Shown piece by piece: positions 1 through 7,056 of a stretch of DNA of 40,688 nt. The notes beneath the pieces were generated by a model. It searched no databases, was not told where the DNA came from, and saw only the letters and a list, made by a program, of their open reading frames with translations. Origin of the DNA: a virus; the IMG/VR virus record IMGVR_UViG_3300037510_000203; one strand, given 5' to 3'. Position numbers and translations under genes: made by a program. Each line of letters opens with the position of its first letter. The stretch's first letter is position 1.

Positions 1-127
1 TTGTAGCGACGCAGCGAGGCGCTGCAGATGTCCTTCCAGTCCTCGCTGGAGAGCTTCTGGCCGTACCAATCAACCTGCTTGGCGACCTGTCCGAGCAGAG
101 ACCAGAGCATGGCATTCTGATCGCAGC
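1..127. repeat. Terminal direct repeat, copy 1 (identical to 40562-40688)
   Basis: Read directly: ttgtagcgacgcagcgaggcgctgcagatg...catggcattctgatcgcagc occurs at both window ends. Confidence 0.97.
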
Positions 128-239
128 TCCGGCGCGGCGCCCGGAACTCGACGGTTGATCCGGTCGGAGCGTTCCTGATCCACGCGGTCGCTTTCTCGCG
201 ATCGGAGGATGATTGCAGCGTGATGGCGTTGCGGCTCAT
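1..239 (-). CDS. ninB: NinB/Orf-like recombination mediator, 5' part (ATG at 239; continues across the circular junction to the stop at 40405)
   Basis: Hand translation from 239 gives MSRNAITLQSSSDRERKATAWIRNAPTGSTVEFRAPRRSCDQNA, then MLWSLLGQVAKQV..., in frame with ORF 40405..40671. The ATG overlaps the stop of the upstream micro-ORF (ATGA). Confidence 0.8.
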   Translation of the reverse strand, partial: MSRNAITLQSSSDREKATAWIRNAPTGSTVEFRAPRRSCDQNAMLWSLLGQVAKQVDWYGQKLSSEDWKDICSASLRRY

Positions 240-352
240 TGTCGTGGCTTCCCATGCCAGCAGTTCAGACAGATATCGTCATCGCCCGGTCGGTACTCTC
301 GCATCACCTGCGCTCCGCACTTGATGCAGATGAAGTGACGCAGCTTGCTCAT
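236..352 (-). CDS. 38-aa zinc-ribbon micro-protein (MSKLRHFICIKCGAQVMREYRPGDDDICLNCWHGKPRQ)
   Basis: Hand-translated; below the ORF-track size cutoff. Two CxxC pairs. ATGA overlaps with the exonuclease stop (349-352) and the ninB start (236-239). Confidence 0.55.
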   Translation of the reverse strand: MSKLRHFICIKCGAQVMREYRPGDDDICLNCWHGKPRQ

Positions 353-984
353 GCGGCCGCCTTCGTCTCATACCGATCTCGAAGCGATGAGACCTTTGCG
401 TCGAGTTCGGCAAGAAATGCGCGCGCCTCGGTTTCGAGCTCGGCGATGCGTTTGTCGTCACGGTGAACGCGCTTCACGAACAGGGCCATGGTTTCTGGCA
501 AGCGCGGATCGAACGAAACGAAGTCACACCACTTCCGGCCAGTGCAGGCCATCTGCCACTGCATCTGCGTGATGTACTTGCCGGCGATCTCGTCGCCGAG
601 CAGCGTCTCAACGTGAGAGGCGGTGTTCGGGCACTTGATCTCAATCAGACCATCTTCGCCGACCAGGCCATCGGGGCTGGCGTGCGTTCCGGCGATTGTC
701 GGATGCGGAACTATGCCAACCTGTTGGACATCGACATCGGCGCGGAACTCATAGGCAGCGCGCGCCTCGGGCTCCTTCTCCGTGCCCCACGCCATGGCTG
801 GCGACACAAAGCCCTCGGTCGGAACGTTGGTCAGGCGCTCGACCAGCAGCTCTGCCATCAGGTTGGCCCGGCTGGCGCCATATCCCTTGGCGATACGAGC
901 GACAGCATCCGCCATGCGCGACGCGCCAAGCGATCCACACCGCGCCAACTTCCATTCCTCGGTGCCCTGGATCAGATCGGTCAT
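349..984 (-). CDS. YqaJ-like (lambda Exo-type) recombination exonuclease
   Basis: 211 aa. N-terminal GTEEWKLARCG and PDDEXK-like DGLVGEDGLIEIKCP motifs typical of the YqaJ viral recombinase domain. Adjacent to the Erf gene. Confidence 0.85.
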   Translation of the reverse strand: MTDLIQGTEEWKLARCGSLGASRMADAVARIAKGYGASRANLMAELLVERLTNVPTEGFVSPAMAWGTEKEPEARAAYEFRADVDVQQVGIVPHPTIAGTHASPDGLVGEDGLIEIKCPNTASHVETLLGDEIAGKYITQMQWQMACTGRKWCDFVSFDPRLPETMALFVKRVHRDDKRIAELETEARAFLAELDAKVSSLRDRYETKAAA

Positions 985-986
985 GA

Positions 987-1697
987 TTACCCCTGACGCT
1001 TTGAATTGAGGGCGGCGACTGCTGCGGCGTAGCGGCTGGCCGGGATTGCCGCGAAGCTCTCCACCTTGAAATGCTTGCAGAAGCGCGCCTTATCGGCGCC
1101 GACGTCATCAGCGAGCGCGATCAGCTCGGCCACCTGGTCGGCTGAGATGGGTCCGCCAGTATCCATGGCTTTCCCGTCGTCATCGTCCGCAGCAGCCAAG
1201 CCAAGCATCTGGATCAGAGAGTATCGCTGCAGATATGTCAGGGTTGATCCGATGGCCTGGATAGCGTTCTTGCTGCCGCTGGCATCGGGAGGGCCGGCAA
1301 GCGTGGTTTCCTCGTAGTGGCCCGCCTTGTGCGACAGGATGCATGTCACGCTGATCCGATCACCCTGGGACGTCCGGAAGCGATACGAGAGGCCGTGCTG
1401 CGACAGGATCGGATCGATCGTCCTGGCGATCGCCGCGAAGGTCGCATAGCGCTTGCTGTTGTGGCCGGTGCCGGTGCGCTCGATCGGTCCGATATTCGCC
1501 TTGGCGGCCGAAATCGCTTCGTCGAATGCCTTGCGCGCCTGGTTCTTCTCCCAGCGCTCCTGCAGGCCCATCAGCTTCTCGACCATGTCGAGGCCGGCGC
1601 CGCTATCCACTGCACGGCTCAGCATGTCCATAGGGGTCAAAGCGCCCGATGAGGTCGGCTGCGGGAGCTGCGTCACGTTCTCTGCTGGCAAGGTCAT
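987..1697 (-). CDS. erf: ERF-family single-strand annealing protein
   Basis: KRYATFAAIARTIDPIL and AIQAIGSTLTYLQRYSLIQMLGL..DDDDG resemble P22 Erf (KYKYRSCEDIL / GATSSYARKYCLNGLFGIDD). Start taken at MTLP (1697), sharing one nt with the upstream stop; 1718 is also possible. Confidence 0.8.
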   Translation of the reverse strand: MTLPAENVTQLPQPTSSGALTPMDMLSRAVDSGAGLDMVEKLMGLQERWEKNQARKAFDEAISAAKANIGPIERTGTGHNSKRYATFAAIARTIDPILSQHGLSYRFRTSQGDRISVTCILSHKAGHYEETTLAGPPDASGSKNAIQAIGSTLTYLQRYSLIQMLGLAAADDDDGKAMDTGGPISADQVAELIALADDVGADKARFCKHFKVESFAAIPASRYAAAVAALNSKRQG

Positions 1698-1846
1698 CAC
1701 TTCTTCCTCTCGATGCACGCACGAATGGGCTTGAGTTCTGCCACCAGGCGATTGATCTCCGGATCATCGATCCGGTCTTTTGCCGCGATGCCCTGCTTGC
1801 GTAGTTCGTCCCAGCGGTCGAAGATGGATTGCTCTGTAGGGGTCAT
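1697..1846 (-). CDS. Hypothetical 49-aa protein
   Basis: MTPTEQSIFDRWDELRKQG...; the ATG at 1846 overlaps the DUF551 stop (ATGA). Confidence 0.55.
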   Translation of the reverse strand: MTPTEQSIFDRWDELRKQGIAAKDRIDDPEINRLVAELKPIRACIERKK

Positions 1847-2115
1847 TGCGGCGGCTCCGGAAGTGGCATCCAGTGGGTGGGGTGGCAAGCCGTCCCACCA
1901 TCAGCCAGAAAATTCTGGTATCCCTTCTCTCGATGCTCTTCCGAGGCGGATTGCCACCATCGCACTCGTGCAACGTCTCCATGGACAGGGTAGGCTAAGA
2001 AGCAGCAGCTATATTCGCTATTACCGAAACGACTTGTAATCGTTCTCGGCGCCGTCTCGATCGGCTGCCAGTCCGGAAATACCGGCCCTCGTAGTCCGTC
2101 TTTGCTTGCGGTCAT
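1843..2115 (-). CDS. DUF551-like phage protein
   Basis: C-terminal THWMPLPEPP signature typical of DUF551. Confidence 0.7.
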   Translation of the reverse strand: MTASKDGLRGPVFPDWQPIETAPRTITSRFGNSEYSCCFLAYPVHGDVARVRWWQSASEEHREKGYQNFLADGGTACHPTHWMPLPEPPQ

Positions 2116-2261
2116 TGTGCGTCCTCCTGAGCCATATCGATCGGGCTGCTGACGAGGTCTGTTGCAATCGCGGCCGCAAAAATCAGGACGCCGATGCAGA
2201 GGAATGTGCCGACGAAAGCTCCGACAACGGGGAGGAGGACGTGCGCGAGAAAGTCACGCAT
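2112..2261 (-). CDS. 49-aa single-pass membrane micro-protein
   Basis: Hand-translated MRDFLAHVLLPVVGAFVGTFLCIGVLIFAAAIATDLVSSPIDMAQEDAQ. Overlaps both neighbours (8 nt and ATGA). Not in the ORF track. Confidence 0.55.
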   Translation of the reverse strand: MRDFLAHVLLPVVGAFVGTFLCIGVLIFAAAIATDLVSSPIDMAQEDAQ

Positions 2262-2478
2262 TGGAGCCCTCCAGCATCTTCATGGTTTCGTCGTGGAGCT
2301 TGCGAAAGTGGGCCAGCTTGTCCGCGGCTGCTCGAGCCGCGAGGATGCGCCGGGCGTCTTCCTTCTCAGTGAAGTAGAGGAATTCGCCGGCCTGGTAGCG
2401 GCGGACCAGCTCGTCGTTATCGAACCGCGGCGGCTCGCATTCGAACTGGTGATGGTACTGCTCGCTGTTGCCGGTCAT
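2254..2478 (-). CDS. Hypothetical protein (about 74 aa)
   Basis: ORF 2254..2499. The second ATG (2478) has GGAG 8 nt upstream and avoids overlap with the upstream gene. Confidence 0.6.
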   Translation of the reverse strand: MTGNSEQYHHQFECEPPRFDNDELVRRYQAGEFLYFTEKEDARRILAARAAADKLAHFRKLHDETMKMLEGSNA

Positions 2479-2483
2479 GTCCG

Positions 2484-2678
2484 CTACTCCTGCGTCCATG
2501 TATCGAAGTCGTCGTAGGCCTCTTGCGCGGTCATGCCGTCGTCATAGCAGGACTGAAAATTGTAGATGGCGCGCGCAAGGTCGAACTCTTCCTTGTTATC
2601 GAACAGCGCGATCAACTTCAGACACCACATGGTCCAAGACTGAGTTTGGGCGGCAACTGGCTGGCAATGGGCTGACAT
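2484..2678 (-). CDS. Hypothetical protein (64 aa)
   Basis: Internal start MSAHCQ... of ORF 2484..2834, with AAGGA about 8 nt upstream. The longer N-terminus overlaps the upstream gene. Confidence 0.55.
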   Translation of the reverse strand: MSAHCQPVAAQTQSWTMWCLKLIALFDNKEEFDLARAIYNFQSCYDDGMTAQEAYDDFDTWTQE

Positions 2679-2688
2679 GGCGTGATCC

Positions 2689-2886
2689 TTAATCCAAACT
2701 GCCAGCAGCAGTGCGTGGCTCAACGGCGTTCTGGTTGAGCAGCTTCGCGACGGTCCAACGGTCGGTTTCGTCCGTGATGAACTTGCGCGGGTCTCCTGCG
2801 TCGGCGCCAAGGCGCACCAGCGCCGCAAGCGCATCTTTGTTCATGTGGAGGAGGTCTGAGATGGTCGCTTTGACATCTGGCTGCAT
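2689..2886 (-). CDS. First gene of the leftward early operon (65 aa, unknown function)
   Basis: Start MQPDVK at 2886 with GGGGA 9 nt upstream. The longer ORF start (2922) lies inside the predicted PL -10/operator. Confidence 0.55.
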   Translation of the reverse strand: MQPDVKATISDLLHMNKDALAALVRLGADAGDPRKFITDETDRWTVAKLLNQNAVEPRTAAGSLD

Positions 2887-2911
2887 TGGCGTGATCCCCG
2901 TTTCGATGATG

Positions 2912-2945
2912 CATATACGCATATGAATAAACGGGCGTCAATACG
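2912..2945 (-). promoter_or_regulatory. PL-like early leftward promoter with operator
   Basis: Minus strand reads TTGACGCCCGTTTATTCATATGCGTATATG: -35 TTGACG (2936-2941), 17-18 nt spacer, -10 GTATAT/TATATG. It is 24/27 identical to the PR cassette at 3657-3683. An AT-rich stretch lies upstream (2946-2967). Confidence 0.6.
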
Positions 2946-2996
2946 TTCGTGAATAAAATTTTTCACGGTAAGTCGGTATGCGTCACTATGCGCGAC

Positions 2997-3590
2997 TCAC
3001 TTCACGGCGATCCAGGCCACCTTGGCCGCCCATTCGACGGCTTGATCCAGTAGGGGAGGGGCGTTTGTGGAATGTAGGTCGAAGTGTCTAGGCTTCCGCC
3101 CAGGATACAGTTTTTTGACAAGAATACGGCCATCATCGAGGCCGACGACACAAAGTCGATTGAAGAAACTCTCGTCGGGCGGAACCCTGCGTCTATCGTA
3201 GTAAAGCGTCCAGCCGTCTTCAAGCATTCCGGACATGCTATCGCCGCGAACGGTCACGGCAACAAGTTCGGCAACCCCTTCAACTGGTGGCATTTCCGCC
3301 TCACCGAACGGGCCCTGGCCGTCTGAAAACGCAATCGTCCCGCCAGCCCCGACGTAACCAACAATCGGAACCGTGGATTGCTCGATGTTCGACCCAGAGT
3401 TGAGAATCCCGAGCCCTCTAGCAACGTCCTCAATTGTGTTCGAATGATGAAGTTCCGGGTCGCTGCCCGACAACCAGCGAGATATAGTCGGTTGAGAGAC
3501 GCGGAAGAGGCGAGCTAGCTCGGCCTGGTTCTTCCGGGTCTTTTGCTGGACCTGCCGAACGATCCGGCTGTAATTTTTTGCGGTAGCCAT
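2997..3590 (-). CDS. cI: CI-type repressor (N-terminal XRE HTH plus C-terminal S24/LexA-like autopeptidase)
   Basis: QAELARLFRVSQPTISRWLSG HTH; VGAGG cleavage-site-like motif; GDSM serine motif and VKKL lysine motif. Start taken at MATAKNY (3590). Confidence 0.9.
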   Translation of the reverse strand: MATAKNYSRIVRQVQQKTRKNQAELARLFRVSQPTISRWLSGSDPELHHSNTIEDVARGLGILNSGSNIEQSTVPIVGYVGAGGTIAFSDGQGPFGEAEMPPVEGVAELVAVTVRGDSMSGMLEDGWTLYYDRRRVPPDESFFNRLCVVGLDDGRILVKKLYPGRKPRHFDLHSTNAPPLLDQAVEWAAKVAWIAVK

Positions 3591-3693
3591 ATCCAAATTA
3601 TGCACTGCCGCATCGCCGAATACCACGGAACATGAACGAATATCGATGCATGGGACTTGACGCCCTCGTATTCATATGCGTATTTATGCGTCC
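3591..3693. promoter_or_regulatory. Divergent PRM/PR region with operators
   Basis: Plus strand: TTGACG (3657-3662), 17-18 nt spacer, GTATTT/TATTTA, then 7 nt to the cro ATG at 3694. Minus strand: CATAAT (3597-3602), then 6 nt to the cI ATG at 3590. TATGCGT occurs at 3675 and 3685 (10-bp spacing), flanked by TTCAT...ATGAA. Confidence 0.6.
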
Positions 3694-3921
3694 ATGAATG
3701 CGATCAAACACATCAGAACCGAGATCTTCCGGATCAAGCAGGCTCCCTTTGCGGAGCTCGCCGGGGTTAGCCAGCCGACCGTCTCAAGGTGGGAGTCGGA
3801 CGAAAGAGGCTCTGAGCCAACCCGAGAAGAGATGGACAAGATACGGCAGGCTGCTGTTGCGCGCGGTCTGCCATGGAATGATGAGTGGTTCTTCCGTCTC
3901 CCATCGGAGACCGCCGCATGA
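3694..3921 (+). CDS. cro: Cro-like HTH regulator
   Basis: FAELAGVSQPTVSRWES HTH, divergent from cI. Start MNAIKH (3694) preferred because the 3676 ATG lies inside the operator/-10; 3676 is not excluded. Confidence 0.75.
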   Translation: MNAIKHIRTEIFRIKQAPFAELAGVSQPTVSRWESDERGSEPTREEMDKIRQAAVARGLPWNDEWFFRLPSETAA

Positions 3922-3958
3922 ATCCCCTTACGTCCGAGCCCTCCCGAGCGGACGTATC

Positions 3959-3995
3959 GGCGACGCCAGTTCCCCCCTGCGCGGCTGGCGTCGCC
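3959..3995 (+). terminator. Strong GC hairpin downstream of cro (tR1-like candidate)
   Basis: GGCGACGCCAG (3959-3969) and CTGGCGTCGCC (3985-3995) form a perfect 11-bp inverted repeat with a 15-nt loop. No T-tract follows. Confidence 0.4.
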
Positions 3996-4023
3996 ACCAA
4001 TTCCAACAGCATGAGGTCGTGAG

Positions 4024-4335
4024 ATGGCCCGTAGGCATCGCAGCACAATTTACACAGAGCAGAGCGTTGATATCGAAGTCGATATTGATGAGGTCATTGA
4101 TCAGATTACTGACGAAGAGCTGATCAATGAACTGAAGCATCGAAAACTCGACGAAAAGGCGAGGGATGCGATCCGTGCTAGCGACCCCCTCGCTCTTCTT
4201 GATGAGGTCGTAGATTGGCTCCGCGATGGTGATATTCGCGAGGCAATGCTCGTTCTTGATCGCATTCTGCATCCGAAATTCTCTTCCTTAGAACTCTGTG
4301 CGAAAGAGTTTGAGGCAAGGAAGTCAACATCATGA
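4024..4335 (+). CDS. Highly acidic 103-aa protein, unknown function
   Basis: About 25 D/E against about 16 K/R by eye; EQSVDIEVDIDEVIDQITDEELINEL. Confidence 0.6.
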   Translation: MARRHRSTIYTEQSVDIEVDIDEVIDQITDEELINELKHRKLDEKARDAIRASDPLALLDEVVDWLRDGDIREAMLVLDRILHPKFSSLELCAKEFEARKSTS

Positions 4336-4580
4336 GCCGCCGGCAGGAAGTCGGGGGCAACCATCCTGCCGGCGCTCTACTCGCGCTGCGGGGCCAGCAC
4401 GAATTACGTTATCCTCTTCCTTCGCGTTCGCTCACCTTTAGCGAGTCGCTCGAACCTATCCGCCTCTCTGACGCGCCACTCAATGTAAGCGTCATGCTCC
4501 GAAACCTTCTTTTGATGCTCGTCCTCTCCGCTTGTTTCATCGGGGGCGCATTCGTTCTGTCTGTCTTCGATCTTCTGTAG
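4332..4580 (+). CDS. Possible 82-aa protein with C-terminal TM helix (competes with the antisense ORF 4404-4649)
   Basis: ATGA overlap with the upstream gene; C-terminal VMLRNLLLMLVLSACFIGGAFVLSVF. The N-terminal half looks non-protein-like. Confidence 0.3.
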   Translation: MSRRQEVGGNHPAGALLALRGQHELRYPLPSRSLTFSESLEPIRLSDAPLNVSVMLRNLLLMLVLSACFIGGAFVLSVFDLL

Positions 4581-4649
4581 CAGTCGCGCTGTCGCCAAAC
4601 CGAGCGTCTGCCAAGTGTCGTTATCGTTGTCGTGTGTAGCTGCCTTCAT
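4404..4649 (-). CDS. Possible 81-aa charged helical protein, antisense within the rightward operon
   Basis: MKAATHDNDNDTWQTLGLATARLLQKIEDRQ...; third-position GC is similar to the competing plus-frame ORF, so this is unresolved. Confidence 0.35.
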   Translation of the reverse strand: MKAATHDNDNDTWQTLGLATARLLQKIEDRQNECAPDETSGEDEHQKKVSEHDAYIEWRVREADRFERLAKGERTRRKRIT

Positions 4650-4683
4650 GTCATCGAGACAACAGCATGAAGGTATCCAGTTC

Positions 4684-5058
4684 ATGAGGAACTTCGGGAA
4701 ATTTCGGATGAGTGCCGCAAGTCTGACGAATGCAACAAGAAGCGCCCTTAGTGCGCTCATAGAACGCGAGGAGCGTCGAGCGGGATCGAAGGAAGTGGCG
4801 CTTGAGATCGTCGCGAGGACGGTCGGCACCTCGAGCTCGTGGCTCCGCAAATTCCTTTCCCCGCAATCGTCAGTCGCCGAGCCGCGCATCACGCTGTTTC
4901 TGAACATCCGGCAAGCCTACGAAAATCTCTGTAACCGCGTCGAACAAGAACACCGGCTAGAGGAAGTGCGGATAGCCGCGCTCAAGGAAGTGCTGGATGA
5001 GGCTACTAACGGCTTTGTGGAAATGGTGGCGAGCGCGTCGAGCAAGACGACGGCTTGA
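4684..5058 (+). CDS. CII-position HTH-like regulator (putative)
   Basis: ALEIVARTVGTSSSWLRKFL resembles an HTH. It sits to the right of cro, as cII does in lambda. Start uncertain (4684 or 4708). Confidence 0.45.
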   Translation: MRNFGKFRMSAASLTNATRSALSALIEREERRAGSKEVALEIVARTVGTSSSWLRKFLSPQSSVAEPRITLFLNIRQAYENLCNRVEQEHRLEEVRIAALKEVLDEATNGFVEMVASASSKTTA

Positions 5059-5081
5059 GGCAGTACTGAGGAGGGTGAAGA

Positions 5082-5732
5082 GTGACAATAACGACGTTTG
5101 AACCGACACCGACGCAGCTTAGAGCACTCGAGCGTCGTCGCGCATTCCGAGAATCAATTGAGGTCAAGGCGGCTTCGCAAAAGCCCGCGGTCGAGCGGTC
5201 GAGCGGCATCAAGGGCTACCAGGTAGCCGCAGTTCCTAAGGAGGCCGTGGCTACCAACCCGTTCCAGAAATTTGTTGCCGCGATGGTTTGGCCGGCGATT
5301 CCTCTTGCCGGAGCCGACCCGACAATTGCGCAGATCCAGAAGGAGGTCGTGGCGCGCTACGGCCTCAAGCTCTCGGACATGCATAGCCGGCGGCAGAATT
5401 GGGAGATTGCTCGACCGCGCCAGGTTGCGATGTATCTGGCAAAGACCATGACTAAGCATTCGCTTCCGGAGATTGGGCGTCGGTTCGGAGGACGTGACCA
5501 TACGACGGTGCTGCATGGTGTACGGAGGGTCGCGAAGCTCATGCAGACCGATCCGAAGATCGCAAACGACATCGAATCCATTCTCATCAAGCTGACCGCG
5601 GCGAGCCATGTCGGAAGCCCTTATATCCATCGTGATGCACTTGTGGCGGAAGAAAATGGATACGCATCAGATACACAAGAAGACGCGCATCAGCGAGGAC
5701 CTGATCCATCGAGCTCTGATCATCGGCCGTGA
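5082..5732 (+). CDS. DnaA domain-IV (Bac_DnaA_C)-containing DNA-binding protein
   Basis: ARPRQVAMYLAKTMTKHSLPEIGRRFGGRDHTTVLHGVRRV matches the DnaA C-terminal signature. No AAA+ domain. GTG start with GAGGAGGG upstream. Confidence 0.8.
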   Translation: MTITTFEPTPTQLRALERRRAFRESIEVKAASQKPAVERSSGIKGYQVAAVPKEAVATNPFQKFVAAMVWPAIPLAGADPTIAQIQKEVVARYGLKLSDMHSRRQNWEIARPRQVAMYLAKTMTKHSLPEIGRRFGGRDHTTVLHGVRRVAKLMQTDPKIANDIESILIKLTAASHVGSPYIHRDALVAEENGYASDTQEDAHQRGPDPSSSDHRP

Positions 5733-5740
5733 GCGCGAAC

Positions 5741-5884
5741 ATGACCATTCCCAAAAAGATCGTTCCTGACTCTGATGTGAAAAAGTGGACCGATGTCGGA
5801 TGGGTATTCTCTGGACCGGCCTTCACGCGGGGTCATTCAGTTCTGGTCTGGCTTGGTGACGACAAGCCCAGGCAGCCGGCATGA
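5741..5884 (+). CDS. 47-aa micro-ORF
   Basis: Hand-translated MTIPKKIVPDSDVKKWTDVGWVFSGPAFTRGHSVLVWLGDDKPRQPA; ATGA overlap with the next gene. Confidence 0.4.
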   Translation: MTIPKKIVPDSDVKKWTDVGWVFSGPAFTRGHSVLVWLGDDKPRQPA

Positions 5885-6105
5885 AATACGTTGCTTGGAC
5901 GAACAAGCAGATTCTACGGCTCCGTGAATGCTGGCCGACAATGCCACGGGAAGACCTATTGATCGAGTTCGCTCCGCACTCTTGGTACTCGATCAAGGGA
6001 ACGGCGCGGAGGCTCGGAATACTGCGGCGCGGCAAGGCCCGGGATTGGAAGGCCATCTGCAAGGCGCACGTAATGCAAACAGGCATGTTTGAGGTGCCGC
6101 AATGA
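5881..6105 (+). CDS. Hypothetical 74-aa protein (Myb/SANT-like W-rich helix pattern)
   Basis: ORF track; chained to its neighbours by ATGA overlaps. Confidence 0.6.
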   Translation: MKYVAWTNKQILRLRECWPTMPREDLLIEFAPHSWYSIKGTARRLGILRRGKARDWKAICKAHVMQTGMFEVPQ

Positions 6106-6254
6106 AGCTCAAGCTGAATGAGAAGTTCGACCAGACTCAGCGCTCGTACCGGCACGCAAAGCCGAGATCGTCACGAAGCACGGTGTTGTACCGAGAGTTG
6201 GTGAAGATCAAGCAACAGATCATCAATCGAGAACTGAAGGGGAAGGCGAAATGA
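6102..6254 (+). CDS. 50-aa basic micro-ORF
   Basis: Hand-translated MKLKLNEKFDQTQRSYRHAKPRSSRSTVLYRELVKIKQQIINRELKGKAK; ATGA overlaps at both ends. Confidence 0.45.
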   Translation: MKLKLNEKFDQTQRSYRHAKPRSSRSTVLYRELVKIKQQIINRELKGKAK

Positions 6255-6514
6255 GCGAGACACCAGAGCAGGGACACAACGCGAATGGGCAGCTGAAGAG
6301 CATCGTTGAGCGGATCGAGAGCGTCGAGACCACCATCAAGGAACACCAGGAGGAGCGGGCCGACATCTATACTGAGGCCAAGAGTAATGGCTTCGACGTA
6401 CCAGCCTTAAGGGCCATCATCCGGGCTCGACGCGATACCGCGGAGCAAAAAGCCAAGCGCCACGCGCGCGAGGAGAACGAGGAGCTTTACCGCGGAGCGC
6501 TGGGGATCAGCTGA
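6251..6514 (+). CDS. GapR/DUF2312-family nucleoid-associated protein homolog
   Basis: QLKSIVERIESVE...IYTEAKSNGFDVPALRAIIRARR matches the DUF2312/GapR consensus as recalled (alphaproteobacteria and their phages). Confidence 0.8.
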   Translation: MSETPEQGHNANGQLKSIVERIESVETTIKEHQEERADIYTEAKSNGFDVPALRAIIRARRDTAEQKAKRHAREENEELYRGALGIS

Positions 6515-7056
6515 TGGCGCGCTCACCTCTTTCCAAAAAGACCCGCTTTGAGGTGTTCAAACGGGACCAGTTCCAGTGTTCCTATTGCGGAGCTCACCCG
6601 TCTGAGACGGTTATGCTTGAGGTGGATCATGTCATTCCGGTCGCGGAAGGTGGGACGAACGACATCGAGAACTTGGTAACAGCCTGCTGGGATTGCAATC
6701 GCGGCAAGGGCGCCGTCCCGCTGACATCCATTCCGCAATCTCTTGAGTTGAAGGCAGAACTAGTAGCGGAGCGCGAGGCGCAGATACGGGCCTATTATCA
6801 GATCCTCGAGTTTCGTAAGGAGCGCCAAGATGAGGAAATGTGGTCCGTTGCCGACATATTCATGGAGCGGTTTGGCGAGGAATCCATCCGGCGCGATTAC
6901 GTCGTAAGCATTCGAATGTTTTTGGATCGCCTCAATGTTTTTGAGGTCCGAGAAGCTATGGAAATTGCTTGTGCCAGGAAATACAGCCAAACGCCGGCAT
7001 GGAAATATTTCTGCGGAGTTTGCTGGAACAAAATCAAAGCGAATGGTGGTTCTTAA
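6514..7056 (+). CDS. HNH endonuclease
   Basis: CSYCG...DHVIPVAEGGTNDIENLVTACWDCNRGK. Confidence 0.9.
   Translation: MARSPLSKKTRFEVFKRDQFQCSYCGAHPSETVMLEVDHVIPVAEGGTNDIENLVTACWDCNRGKGAVPLTSIPQSLELKAELVAEREAQIRAYYQILEFRKERQDEEMWSVADIFMERFGEESIRRDYVVSIRMFLDRLNVFEVREAMEIACARKYSQTPAWKYFCGVCWNKIKANGGS

Noticed and set aside
70-255. 61-aa minus-strand ORF at the left edge
   Set aside because: It is out of frame with, and fully overlapped by, the NinB-like frame, which has a strong lambda NinB resemblance. Its sequence is Arg-rich and non-protein-like.
3676-3693. Longer annotated starts for cro (3676) and the first PL gene (2922)
   Set aside because: Both ATGs fall inside the conserved operator/-10 14-mer of their own promoters, so they would lie upstream of the predicted transcription start. 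Downstream in-frame ATGs were used, and this is flagged as uncertain.
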